A stretch of DNA of 18,433 nucleotides. It comes from Ginkgo biloba. Its lineage: Eukaryota > Plantae > Ginkgophyta. The stretch is from contig JANKJI020000002.1 of the NCBI GenBank assembly GCA_024626585.2, forward strand, positions 25,419,461-25,437,893, written 5' to 3'. Positions 1 to 11,363 of this stretch are shown one piece after another. Below the pieces are notes generated by a model. That model did not search any database. It was given only the letters and a program-made list of their open reading frames with translations, and was not told the DNA's origin. Numbering within the stretch: the stretch's first letter is position 1; each line of letters begins with the position of its first letter. The position numbers and the translations under genes were made by a program.

Positions 1-269
1 CCCAATTAACCAAGTGATAATTGTGCATGTTCCTTTTTCTTCCTTTCTAAAGGAAGAGTCAAACCAACTTATCTATACCATCCATAATCGCCTTGGGATA
101 TGCAAGGATTGAGCACCAATATGTGGTATTACATTTATGAATGATTTGATTAGAGTTTCTTTACTAACCAAATTTAACCATCGATTAGCCCATCTTTAGG
201 TGTGATGTTGAATCTTCTGCAAGATGAATTACCACTGTTCTATGTTTAGTGTCGTGAATTTGATTAGGA

Positions 270-1195
270 CACCCAAGTATTTAAAATATTTTTTGTTATC
301 TACTTCTTTAAAGTAGAATACCTTATATATATTGTTCATGAATCTTGTAGACATATTAAAAAATAATATTCTATTCTTACCCTCATTTATGCAACTTCCC
401 ATGGCTGTCACAAAGTCTTAGAGTACATAACGTAGTGTCCTTACTGATTGTAAGCTTTCTTGTCCAAAACGTATTATGTCATTTGTGAATAAGGAGTGAG
501 TTATTTACTTAATATTGAATGCGATTTTGACATCTTGTATATTATTTAGAAGGACCTCTGCTTCAATTGCTCGACTTAGAGATTCAAAGACAATGGAAAA
601 TAGAAAGGGAGATAGGGGGAAGCCTTGCCTAATGCCCTTTGTGGATAGAAAAAAGTATGTGGGGCCTCCATTTATCAGGACCACCATTTTAAGCTTGTAG
701 ATGCATGTGTTTATCCAAGTTATCATTTGATTACTGAGGTCAAATTTGCCTAACATTTTTAATATGAATGATTTGTCTAAATGGTCAAAGGTATTGGCTA
801 GATCAACCTTGAACAACATGATTTTTGACTTGTTTAAACATGATGAGTATAGGGATTTATGGGTGAGGATGATGTTGTCAAAAATTTGCCTACTAGTGAT
901 GAATCCCCCTTATTCCTAAGAGACGATGTCCATAAGGATGGGTTTGAGATGATTGGCTATGATCTTAAATATAATTATATAGGTAGTGTTGTAGAGGGAT
1001 ATTGGTGTGAAGCGATTAGAACTTAAGGGGTTATGGTTATTTGGAATGAGAGCCAGAAAAGTTAAATTGATGGAACCTAAGATGGAGCCATACTTGCGAG
1101 ATTCTTCTACCATTTCTAGGAGATCAAACTTGATGACTTACCATCAAATTAAATAGAAGATTAATTAGAAGTAATTTGGTTTAGGAGCTTTGTCA
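270..1195 (-). pseudogene. LINE reverse transcriptase domain remnant
   Basis: ORF track 916..1113, 505..819 and 229..411; GIRQGFPLSPFLF; catalytic motif decayed to FTND at ~477-491; KYLG. Confidence 0.92.
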
Positions 1196-1887
1196 GGTTG
1201 TATTGAGTGAAGGGTTGCAAGAATCTCTTCTAGATATATTAGTTTATGAAGAAAATCATTATCTTTCATGTTGATTACGTAGGAATGTTGCTAAGCAACT
1301 TCTCTTGCAATGCACTTTTAGTTTAGGTTTATGGAGGAGAGTGAGTCCTGGAAGTGATTATATGTTTCAGATTTTATATCTTCTTGTTAATGTGCTATGG
1401 ATCCATCCTGTCTCTTGATGGATGAGATATGGTTCACTATTTTTCTTTGGTTGGTAACTTTTTGAAAAAATGTTAAGTTATTGTCTCCTTTATTGATACA
1501 TGTTTAACAATATTTTTGCCTCCAAATATCTTCTTATCTGGCTTCCTCTTGGTTGATTAGATTGATACAATTTTGTTCCTCTTGCAAATAATATGTTCTC
1601 CATCCTTCTTATATGATCTTCTGATGAATCACTACTAGTTTACTTTTGGTTTCAATAAGGATGGCCAAACAGTCACGTTGGAGCTAAGCTGCCCAAGATT
1701 TTATTTTTGCTTTGACAATTTTTAGTTGCTTTGCAAACTTATATATGGTTGTTCTAGATGGTGGGAATCCTTCATACCACAAAGTTTTAATATTTTCCAT
1801 TAAGTTTGGATATTCACTCCATGATGGTTGAAAATTGAAGGGGGTATTTTTTGGAATGGGAAAGGAGTTAAGGTCCAGGATCATTGG

Positions 1888-2539
1888 TTAATGATCTAAA
1901 TGGGCTCCTGGAAATATTGTTATTTTTATAAGGTTTGGCTCATTTAGAAGATTCTTTGAGATCAAGAATCTCTCTAGTATTTCTACTATGAAGTCCTTTG
2001 CAATCCTCCTATTATTCCATGTGAAACAACCTTCTTTGGGATGTATATCTCCTATGTTGAAGTTGAGCATGCCTTCATGATTTAATGATCCATCCCTATC
2101 ATTTGGGGGGTATATTCCTCCCTTCTTTTCTAATCTATCTAATATTGAGTTTAGGTCTCCTCCTAAGATAATATTCTCCTTTTGAAGACTCTCCATACTA
2201 GTCCAAATATCTTCCCATTCTTTTTGCGTAGCCATGGTATTTTTTAAGCCATAGAAGTTATAGAAGTGTATATATTTGTTTGTTCNNNNNNNNNNNNNNN
2301 TTGATCTTGCATATGAATTTCTATCCAGTTGGAGTGTATATGGTTGTTTAGGAGGCAAAGAGAAGACCTCTTCCAAAGTACTGTTATGCCCCTAGATTAT
2401 CCTAAGGCTTTTGAACATATGATGCTACATTCTTTCCAAATGCTATCCTCGAGGAGATCTAGATTTGCTAGAGGGAAACTTTGTTTCTTGCATGAAAATA
2501 ATGTCTATTTTTTTATGGAAAAATAAATATTTGAGGGAT
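1888..2539 (-). pseudogene. LINE APE-type endonuclease domain remnant
   Basis: ORF track 2443..2691 and 1888..2376 contain QETK, GGDLN, EKKGG, FTWNNRR and LDH motifs of the L1 EN/EEP family. Confidence 0.9.
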
Positions 2540-3599
2540 NNNNNNNNNNNNNNNNNNNNNNNNNNNNNNNNNNNNNNNNNNNNNNNNNNNNNNNNNNNNN
2601 NNNNNNNNNNNNNNNNNNNNNNNNNNNNNNNNNNNNNNNCTAGGCTCAAGATCACACCACATGTTTGGATCTTAGGTGGCTTGGGGCCCATGGGAATTCC
2701 ACTGACCTACATTGGCAATTGTTAGTCCCACCTTTGGCCCGTGGGGGTGATGGAATGATAACCTACTACATGGCAACATCTCGTAACCCCTGTGTCCTAC
2801 ACACAATGCACTTCAATAACAAAACTTGTGAACTATATTTTAAATGAATAATCATAAAAAATGAAGGAACGACAAGGTGCTATGGGTCTCAGAGGAAAAA
2901 GAGGTTTCTTCTTTCTTGACGGTTAAGTGTTTACTGGGATGGGGGGAAACTTACATACTAGAAGATAATGAGGAACACCTAGAATGGAATCAAAAGGGCG
3001 AATCGGCGAGAGAAATTCCTAATATTTATGATGGCATACTTCAACTTCTCCCGCTTGGGGCTAGAGAAGAAGAAAGTAAAAAAAGAAAAGGGGGTCCCCA
3101 CATTTTTCTTGGCGTGAGGCGTGTTGGGTAATAAAAAATACATAAAATAAATTTTGTTCCAAGCTATTTATCTCTGCCATAATACCTTATCCTAGCCACA
3201 TTCGTAAAATCAACATATTCCTACCCTGGTATGCACCAAGATATTTTCCATAGTCTATTTCTTGTAAACCTTGATATCTTACTGCCAGGCCAATCCACTT
3301 TGATCACTATTCCCTGCCAAACTATGGCCTCAAGATCTATGATTCTCTCTCTTAGCTCCTTTGTTAGCCATCCCTTCTCACCTCTAGTTTCTCTACCCCT
3401 ATTGCAAATGACTATCATAATCCTTTATACCTCTATTCTTAACTGAATCTTCTCCAAGCATATTCTCTACCTACCTTCCACCACCTCCTCCTTGTGCTTG
3501 TTATTTCTTCTTCCAGACCTCTCTTTTCCTAAAACTTGACTTCCATTAACTTTTCTCTACCTATCTATGAATTCTCTAGATGGACATACATTCTTCTTC

Positions 3600-4136
3600 C
3601 ACCTACCACTATACTCACCTCAAATGCATTGGGTGTTCTTCCTTCTTGGCGTATTAACTTCCCTTACAAATGGATTAAATTCTAATGGCGTGGGCAACTT
3701 ATCCACATTTATTTCACCTATTTAAAATTTATTTCTTTGTTATGGATTTATTTCATGTATCTTCTCTTTATATTATTTGTTGTGTCTTTTGTTAGGTGGC
3801 ATTCCTCATTTAATGAATGATCTACTCTATTCACTGGACTATTTGTCATTCATTTTCTCCTTTGGTTTGTTCATATCCATTATTCGCCCATTCAATGAAT
3901 GAACTTCATCGTTCATTGAGAGTCTTATTGCTTGCCCAATGCCTTTTCCTATTCATTGACCTTGTTTGCTCATTCAATGAATATCCTTCATCATTCATTG
4001 GATATTCTTCCATTCATCTACCTTTTTCTCATTTGTCGAGCCTCTATTTCTCATTCGCTAAGCTCTTTAGGCTATTTATTGAAATCCCTTTGCCTATTTT
4101 TTAAAATTAATTTGTCAATTTGCTAAAATTGTCACA
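3600..4136 (-). mobile_element. Probable LTR-like sequence (U3 region) downstream of a chromodomain remnant; distal boundary unknown
   Basis: On minus, purine tract GGAAGAAATAG is followed by TTT and then TGTGACA (starts at 4136), downstream of the chromodomain-like stretch; contains a motif recurring every 82 bp. Confidence 0.35.
3805..4030. repeat. Degenerate 82-bp periodic repeat (about 3 units)
   Basis: CTCATTTAATGAAT (3805), CCCATTCAATGAAT (3887) and CTCATTCAATGAAT (3969) are spaced exactly 82 bp apart, each followed by a TTCA(C/T)TG motif. Confidence 0.6.
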
Positions 4137-4269
4137 AAACTATTTCTTCCAAAATTGACTCGTTATTCCTTTACATCATTCTTTCCAGGTTATAAAATTT
4201 TTGCATGAGCTTTTGCTCATGCTCTTCTTTGAATTGTCTTTTCTTTTACTCATCTAATTCCTTTAGTTC

Positions 4270-4370
4270 TTCTTTTATGGTCCAAGTATTATCCTTGGGT
4301 GGTAATTTCTTTCTTCTTCACTAAGTATGATGTACCTGCTTAGTGATGGAGGATTTATCAAAGTATTACA
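4270..4370 (-). pseudogene. Ty3/gypsy chromodomain remnant
   Basis: Minus strand reads, with frameshifts, ILDK....YLVK(K)KE/LPPKDNTW, resembling the chromovirus consensus YLVKWKxLPxEDxTWE. Confidence 0.5.
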
Positions 4371-4488
4371 AAATCATTTTGATCAACTNNNNNNNNNNNN
4401 NNNNNNNNNNNNNNNNNNNNNNNNNNNNNNNNNNNNNNNNNNNNNNNNNNNNNNNNNNNNNNNNNNNNNNNNNNNNNNNNNNNNNNNN

Positions 4489-5726
4489 GAGAAAATACTA
4501 AGGTGAAAAACTCTCTACGAATCCCCTTTGGTCATAGCGCCCTCAACGAACTTAACTCATAGGAGAATGTGCTATACCCCTCTTGGTAGGATGGAACATC
4601 ATAGTACTTACTAATTCTCTTTTTGAACTACCATCTCTCCTCTTGATGGACCTATTTTAGGTGCTCTATTAGTGCCTCTGCTTCAACATTCACCTATTCT
4701 TCAAATGTAAATTGGTTTGCCACCTCCATAGATATACCCATTTCATATATCAGACAATTCTCAACATCGCCATTGAAATCATTGGCATTCTTACCCTAAA
4801 TAATATCCATATCAAATTTATCCTTCACTCGAGATATTCTCAAGCTATCAATATCACATACATAATTGTTAGAAAGACACATTTTTTTTCACAATTATTT
4901 AAGTCTTCACTCTTCTTTGGTCTTNNNNNNNNNNGAGAATCATATCACATTCATCAAAAACATCAATGTCACGTGAATCAAACTTATATATCATATTTGA
5001 TTCATTCACTTCAACTTCTATCATACCAACTATAAATTTTATATTTTATTTAGTTTCATGCCCTATAGTTTCTTCACCTTGTTCTTCATAGGAAACTTGA
5101 TCATGCTCCTTCACATTTGTCCCTTTTATGGTCTCCTAGGAAGTCTCTTCATTGATTCCTCTACCTTCTCTATCATAAAAAAGTAACATGCTCTAATCAT
5201 CTACACATTCCTCATAAAATCCTTGGTAGTTAGTATTATATTCCTCACTTTTCTCTGGTCTATTATAGAGTATGATATGATGCTCTCTGATAGACTAGAG
5301 AAGAGTGAAGGCTCAAATAACTGTGAAAAAAATTATGTCTTTTTAACAATTTTGTAGGTGATATTAACAGCTTGAGGATATCTCGAGAGAAGGAGAAATT
5401 TGATATGGACATGATTTAGGGTAAGCATATCAATGATGTCAATGGCCATTTTGATAATTGTCTGATAGATGAAATGGGTGTACTTATGGAGGTGGCAAAC
5501 CAAGTTACATTTGAAGAATAGGTGAATGGTGAAGGAAAGGCACTATTAGAGCACCTGAGATAGGCACATGAATATAAGAGATGGTATTTGGAAAAGAGGA
5601 GTAGTAAGTACTCTGATGTTCCATACTACCAGGAGGGGGCTAGTACATGGTCCTATGGGTTAAGTTCGTTTAGGGGGATATGACCAAAGGGCATTTATGG
5701 AGAGTTTTTCACCTTAAGATTTTCTC
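4489..5726. repeat. Long imperfect inverted repeat: arms 4489-~4948 and ~5272-5726, spacer ~320 bp
   Basis: The reverse complement of 4489-4924 aligns collinearly with 5291-5726 (e.g. TATGGAGGTGGCAAACCAA, TTACATTTGAAGAATAGGTGAATG, AGAGTTTTTCACCTTA). About 26 mismatches in the first ~188 bp counted by eye; roughly 80-85% identity overall. Confidence 0.95.
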
Positions 5727-5909
5727 TCTCTAGCTTATCTCATCTCTCTATCATTTGATTAACTATGGGTTAATAAANNNNNNNNNNNNNNNNNNNNNNN
5801 NNNNNNNNNNNNNNNNNNNNNNNNNNNNNNNNNNNNNNNNNNNNNNNNNNNNNNNNNNNNNNNNNNNNNNNNNNNNNAGATGCTAAGGATAACGAACGGA
5901 GACAACACC

Positions 5910-5921
5910 GCTCTGAGACCA
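5910..5921 (-). promoter_or_regulatory. Primer binding site (tRNA-iMet type) of an LTR retrotransposon
   Basis: Minus strand reads ...CCTTCGTCA-AG-TGGTCTCAGAGC: a CA LTR end, a 2-nt spacer, then an 11/12 match to canonical TGGTATCAGAGC. Confidence 0.7.
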
Positions 5922-5923
5922 CT

Positions 5924-7040
5924 TGACGAAGGTGCAAGACTAGACTATCAACCGAATGCCCCGACGTCCAACTCAACCCCTCCAGAAACCAAGATATTTT
6001 ACGAAGCGAGCGCGGGGGGTGTAGTGTCCCAGTCGTGAAGTTCGGGTTCATAGCCACACTGAAGCAGACACGAGACAAGCTAAGATAAGACAATTGATAG
6101 AAATTGTGACACAGGATTTACAACTGGAGAAACCCTCACAGGGAATAAAACTCCAGGATTTATTTCTCCTGAAAAATATTACATGGACTATAGTCCTTAC
6201 ATTCGTTGCCCAGAACTGGCTTACACAGAAAATAAAATGGCCCATGGCCTATAATTCAATCACACACTAGCATTACAGTATGCCTTACGGCTCTTAAATC
6301 TCCAAAATACTCCAAGTCCCTCGACTCCTTGATGACCACTACTACTGATAGCTGACACCCTCCTCTACTCCACTCGGCTCTTAGTTTGCTCTGAATTTTG
6401 GCAGCCTCTCGGTGCTCTAAATTCTCTCCCCCTTGGATGACTCTGAGTGAGTCTAATTTATAGCCTCTAATGCAACAGATAAGTGCCTCAGATTCCAAAT
6501 GTCTTCTCCTGCTCCAACGGATCAGTTTGGTGTGCCTTTACTCTTACAATGGCATTGTCATTAATGCTCTCCAAGGTGCCAAACCTATCTCAATGCAATG
6601 GCTCATAGTCCTGACATAAGCATGCAATTTTGCATCGGTCTGGGTTTTCCTTCAGTTGATTTTTACATGGCCACCTTTTGGGCTGCCATTTGTCACCGAC
6701 GAAGTCAAATGGTTCCTCACCGATGAGTCCCCACGTTGCTTTGAGAATTGGTGCTTCCTTCTCCACAGTCTCTGATGGTGTCAGTCAACTGTCTTTAAGG
6801 CATGTCAATTTTCACTGACGAGGTCTGATTTTAGTTGTCTAACGGTGTCAGTGCTTGCTTCATCGATGAGGTTGGTTCCTCACTCTTCGACGACGTCGAT
6901 CCCAGCAGACACCGACGAGGTCTATTTTGGCACATCTGACATCACACCTTCCTCTACCAACAATGTCGGCCATCCAGACTCAAAGGTGCCGAATTCTCCT
7001 GCATCAAACTCCTCTTCTTAAAAGCGCTGTAGGCCCTCCT
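5924..7040 (-). mobile_element. 5' LTR of an LTR retrotransposon (5' part lost in the gap at 7041), less decayed than neighbours
   Basis: Ends in CA next to the PBS; TATA-like CTATAAAT on minus at 6456-6463; upstream region has repeated CACCGACGAGGTC-like motifs; more GC and CpG than flanks; no coding homology. Confidence 0.65.
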
Positions 7041-10000
7041 GCAAACCTCTCACGCTGAATNNNNNNNNNNNNNNNNNNNNNNNNNNNNNNNNNNNNNNNN
7101 NNNNNNNNNNNNNNNNNNNNNNNNNNNNNNNNNNNNNNNNNNNNNNNNNNNNNNNNNNNNTTTATATTATCATTGATTAATTAATACCATTCTAAATTCC
7201 TCTTATAACAACATATATGGTTAAAAAGTAAAAATGGTAATAGTCGCAAAATAAATTAAAAATCAAAATATAAACATTTATAAATTATGCCAATGGAAAA
7301 CAAATACTTCATAACAAACTATTGATGCATCTAGTAATAATGTTACATTAATAAGAAAACATGGGCAAGATAATATCACGTACATTACATTACCTAGATT
7401 AAATCAATTTAGTGTTATTGTCATTTAGTGTCAATCGTAGTTCTTCTATTGGTTTGAATGCCTATAGAGAGTATCATATACATACCAAAAGGATGCTTGC
7501 GTACTTTGGAGATATGTCTTGATGTGTGCAATACAATCCTACAACATAACAACTATTTACTATGTGAGATAGTTACAAACAAATTCAGAACTAAGAAGAT
7601 GCTGCCTCAATTTTACTTTTATCATTTAAATCGTAGAGTCAATCAAACCACTTCTTAATACATACAAAGCTTTCCTTTTATGATGTTGATGATGCCAATA
7701 TAGATTTATATACATTATGAGCATGATGCATATTATGAGGATCTAAGAAGGATAACTATTATAGTAAAATTAGAGATGTAAAGTATTTTCATAGCTTAAA
7801 ATTTTCTCTGAAATTGAGGGAATATACACAGGAAACTAAGAGTGTAATTCATGATGCATTTTGAATGGGGAAGACTTGCATTAGATATAGGATTAGAAGG
7901 GTTAGCATGTTCTTTGGGTTATCTATAGAGTAATATGCACAGTATGGGAGTCATAGGAAAGAAACAAGAAGGAGGGCTGGATGATGAAAATCATTTTTTG
8001 CTTCTCATTATCGCTTCGTATGGATTGGAGGGTGGTCTTATAATATCATAAGANNNNNNNNNNNNNNNNNNNNNNNNNNNNNNNNNNNNNNNNNNCCTCC
8101 TTTTATCACATGATTTTCTTGGTATAAGGTATGAGGGTTATTTTTTAGATAGTTGACAAAGGTAAATATTCCATAATAAGGCATACTTTGGAATGAACTT
8201 CATCTTCAACCAACCCTTCTTTCTCATACCCTTTATAACTAAGATATATGGGACATAACTCCAGCTACCACTTGATGTTCATAATAGCTAAAGTGAATGG
8301 TAATATATAGTTTAGAGAGTCTGACATGAATAGCTTATCATATGACTTTGATGACTTTGATATGTAGATACACTTATTAAGAAAAGTTTGAACACTATCA
8401 CCTACAATCCATAGTTGCACTTGATCAATGATCTAGGGGAATGTCCTAATAATTTACAAAATAAACCTAAAGGATGCATTTATTATGTACTCGTGATCAT
8501 GAATAAAATAATTTTTTTTTTCAACTTACANNNNNNNNNNNNNNNNNNNNNNNNNNNNNNNNNNNNAAATTCCTCTTGACACTCTTTGTTTTTAATTTAG
8601 TATATTTATAGTTCTTTCTTAGGTAATAACATTTTCTTATCATCTATAAAAAATCATCAAAGTTACCCCACCTCTTTGGGGATTTTTCTTTGACTTCGGT
8701 CCCATGTACCTTATGATGAAGACCCAATCTTGTCTCTAACATATCGCACTTGAATATGTGCAATCATACTATATACTATGAACTCAATATGAAAAGAAAT
8801 TGATTGAAAATTTTGACTTCACTATAAGTTTTATGAATCTTGAAACTTTTATAAAATGCATGGAATTAATAAAGGAATGACGTGAAAGTTTAATTTGCAT
8901 TTGAGAAGTTACATTTAGGAAGAAATCATTGCAAAAATTAGAAACCAAGGAAATGTTGATTGTGTAGGGGCTTATAGGATGATGAAGATTTGAAAATAGG
9001 TTGTTTATTTGTTTACCATTTACTATAATCAATTGTGTCACTCATGTTGTGGAACATAAAAGGAGAAATTGGATGGGTGGAATTGGAAAGAATTATGAAT
9101 GAGGAGAGGAAAGAAGTGGATAGTGATATTATTTCAACTGGTGATCTGCAAGCCATAGAAACACTAATTTAAACTTTGGAAGGTAGGTGTCTTGAGATGG
9201 ATTAGTGGTGAAATTGTGTGTAAAGTATCTCTTTTCAAAATATTGGCCCAAGCGTTGGAGGATACAAAGGGGAGAAGTTGAGCAAAAGGACTAGGGAAAG
9301 GGCCATAACATGTCTCCTCCATATTAAAACTAAGAGATCCTTCTATCTAGGATAAATACATGTTCATTAGGTCATGGAATGCAATACAAAATGCCAGTTG
9401 GCATTCTAATCTCCTTAAATCATCAACATCGACTATCGATGATATAGGAATGTATCTTGGCACATCTTGTATCTTCTATAGGGAACTATGTTCTAATTTT
9501 TCTCATATTCATTTCTTTATTTTATTCCTAAGCTAGGAGGCTATCCTATGCCAGAACCACTTGAATCTTTGTATGTTTCTCCCTAGTGCATGCTTTGTAT
9601 CATTTTCTGGTCAAAATAAAAAAAATATTTACNNNNNNNNNNNNNNNNNNNNNNNNNNNNNNNNNNNNNNNNNNNNNNNNNNNNNNNNNNNNNNNNNNNN
9701 NNNNNNNNNNNNNNNNNNNNNNNNNNNNNNNNTTACAAACTTTTCAATCACCTTATAAAATTTGACATATTATTTTTTTGAGTTTGCTGACTCCGAAAAA
9801 ACCTCACCTTGAATCTTAGAAAACTTTTAATCTCAGAACTCTGATGCTTAATTTGGGAATCTCTTGACATGAATAACCAATAAAGAAAGCTTAATTCCTC
9901 AGTTCAGATCCACATACTTTCTTTAGACATTTAGGTATTTTTAGAGGCATTCATCAACTCCTTTTCTTACTTAATTTCCCTAAACTCTGAAAACTATATC

Positions 10001-10269
10001 CTCCTTATAGAGTACTGCTGAGTGTGGGTCTTAATGTAAAAATAATGATTTGATCACTCAAATATTAAAACATGAATATCTCTAATGCATTGACATCTTC
10101 TCTTCTATATATTGAAGAATCCTTCAATCCCCACTTCAAGTTCCACCTATGCAAAACGCATCCATTCATATGATAAACTATACCCATAAAAGAATACCCC
10201 ATTTATGCATCAACAGTTACCCACAACAATTTTATATTATTATCAAATACAAGAAGGGGAGAAGTAATA

Positions 10270-11264
10270 CAGTGGTAGATTTCTTGAGTCACCCACTAGT
10301 GCATGAGTTATTATAGGTATTATATTCTTCTTGTTTTATCTTTTCTAAGTCGGAAGGTCTTTATTTTGTTGACGATGGATTTGCTTCTATAGTATCTCGA
10401 TAATCTGATCCTCTTNNNNNNNNNNNNNNNNNNNNNNNNNNNNNNNNNNNNNNNNNNNNNNNNNNNNNNNNNNNNNNNNNNNTGTGTCATATGGTAGTTA
10501 TAGACCATAACTTATTAGATAGGAAATCCAGTCCAAAGTGGCAAGGCACTTTGGGATGAAGAATACCTAGGCTTATTTACAAAGGTACTTATTTTATCCA
10601 TAGATATAATTATATGTGGAGAGATATATTTGAACATATTATTTATGTTGAACATCCAATCCTTTCAATAGGAAGCTTGGCAAGTATCATCCCTTACTTG
10701 TTCTANNNNNNNNNNNNNNNNNNNNNNNNNNNNNNNNNNNNNNNNNNNNNNNNNNNNNNNNNNGAGGGGTAATGATCACATCCCAATTGTTTTAGATAGG
10801 TTTAGTAAGATGGATATTTTGATTACATGTCAGAGATAGTATGAGCTACATAGGTTTCCAAGTTATTTTTCACCCATGTTTGGATACACTTTGGGCTATA
10901 TTCTTTCATAGTATCATATATGGATGGAATATTTGTGAGTCATTTCTAGACTCACTTATGGAATATTATGGATACAAAGTTGAAGTGGTCTAATNNNNNN
11001 NNNNNNNNNNNNNNNNNNNNNNNNNNNNNNNNNNNNNNNNNNNNNNNNNTGAACAAAACTATGGTACATGATATATAATTATAGTCATCCGAAGACTTAT
11101 AATAAGTCTCTTCTATATATTTAGAATATCTATAATAGAGTAATTCATCACTCTATTAGAGTAACTCCTTTGCAGGCTTATATAGATTTTCTACCTAAGC
11201 CTCCTCTTGATTTGCAGTTGTCAATATTGTCTTCTACTTCTTCATCTAAGTAGTAGAGACTTGA
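10270..11264 (+). pseudogene. Degenerate Ty3/gypsy RNase H end and integrase fragment
   Basis: Plus strand reads DFLSHP (for ADxLSRP), SKVARHFGMKNT.AYLQRY, NRKLGKYHPL, RGNDHIPIVLDRFSKMDILITC, FTHVWIHFGL..IVS..FVSHF*THLWNIMDTKLKWS, NKTMVH, YNRVIHHS..TP. Confidence 0.88.
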
Positions 11265-11363
11265 NNNNNNNNNNNNNNNNNNNNNNNNNNNNNNNNNNNN
11301 NNNNNNNNNNNNNNNNNNNNNNNNNNNNNNNNNNNNNNNNNNNNNNNNNNNNNNNNNNNNNNN

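Larger units (their letters stand above)
1..2539 (-). mobile_element. Degenerate L1-clade LINE (non-LTR retrotransposon) ORF2: APE endonuclease, linker, reverse transcriptase and C-terminal region; many stops and frameshifts
   Basis: Minus-strand fragments are collinear with plant L1 ORF2. Endonuclease: IDIIFMQETK, ILGGDLN, FTWNNRR..ILERFL, LDH (for SDH). Linker: FNFQPSW..KFAKQLKIVKAKIKSW, GDNNLTFFQK, DKAPKPN (for KAPGPDG). RT: INLTFLALIP..FTPISLYN..KIIANHLK, KVDLANTFD, INGGP..KGIRQGFPLSPFLF, HSLFTND (for FADD), KYLG. C-terminal: RWANRWLNLVSKETLIKS. Runs off the window start. Confidence 0.95.

Noticed and set aside
2640-3131. Possible LINE ORF1/5' region and small ORFs
   Set aside because: Separated from ORF2 by a ~100-N gap; no DUF4283 or zinc-knuckle motifs recognised
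3160-3215. Possible gag/ORF1 zinc-knuckle remnant on minus (FYECG*..YYGRD)
   Set aside because: Needs a frameshift and several substitutions of the CCHC ligands; insufficient support
4489-5726. Inverted repeat as an assembly or amplification fold-back artefact, or as TIRs of a DNA transposon
   Set aside because: Arms are ~15-20% diverged (artefacts would be near-identical), and arm content resembles an ORF end, PPT and LTR start rather than TIRs; the outer ends are hidden by gaps, so a fold-back element is not fully excluded
6013-6030. GGGGGG-TGTAGTGTCCC as PPT plus LTR start on plus
   Set aside because: The PBS and TATA box indicate a minus-strand LTR ending at 5924; a nested LTR end here cannot be excluded but has no independent support
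8150-8230. Kinase-like VCLIMEYLP peptide on minus
   Set aside because: Short, flanked by stops, no other kinase subdomains or clear splice sites
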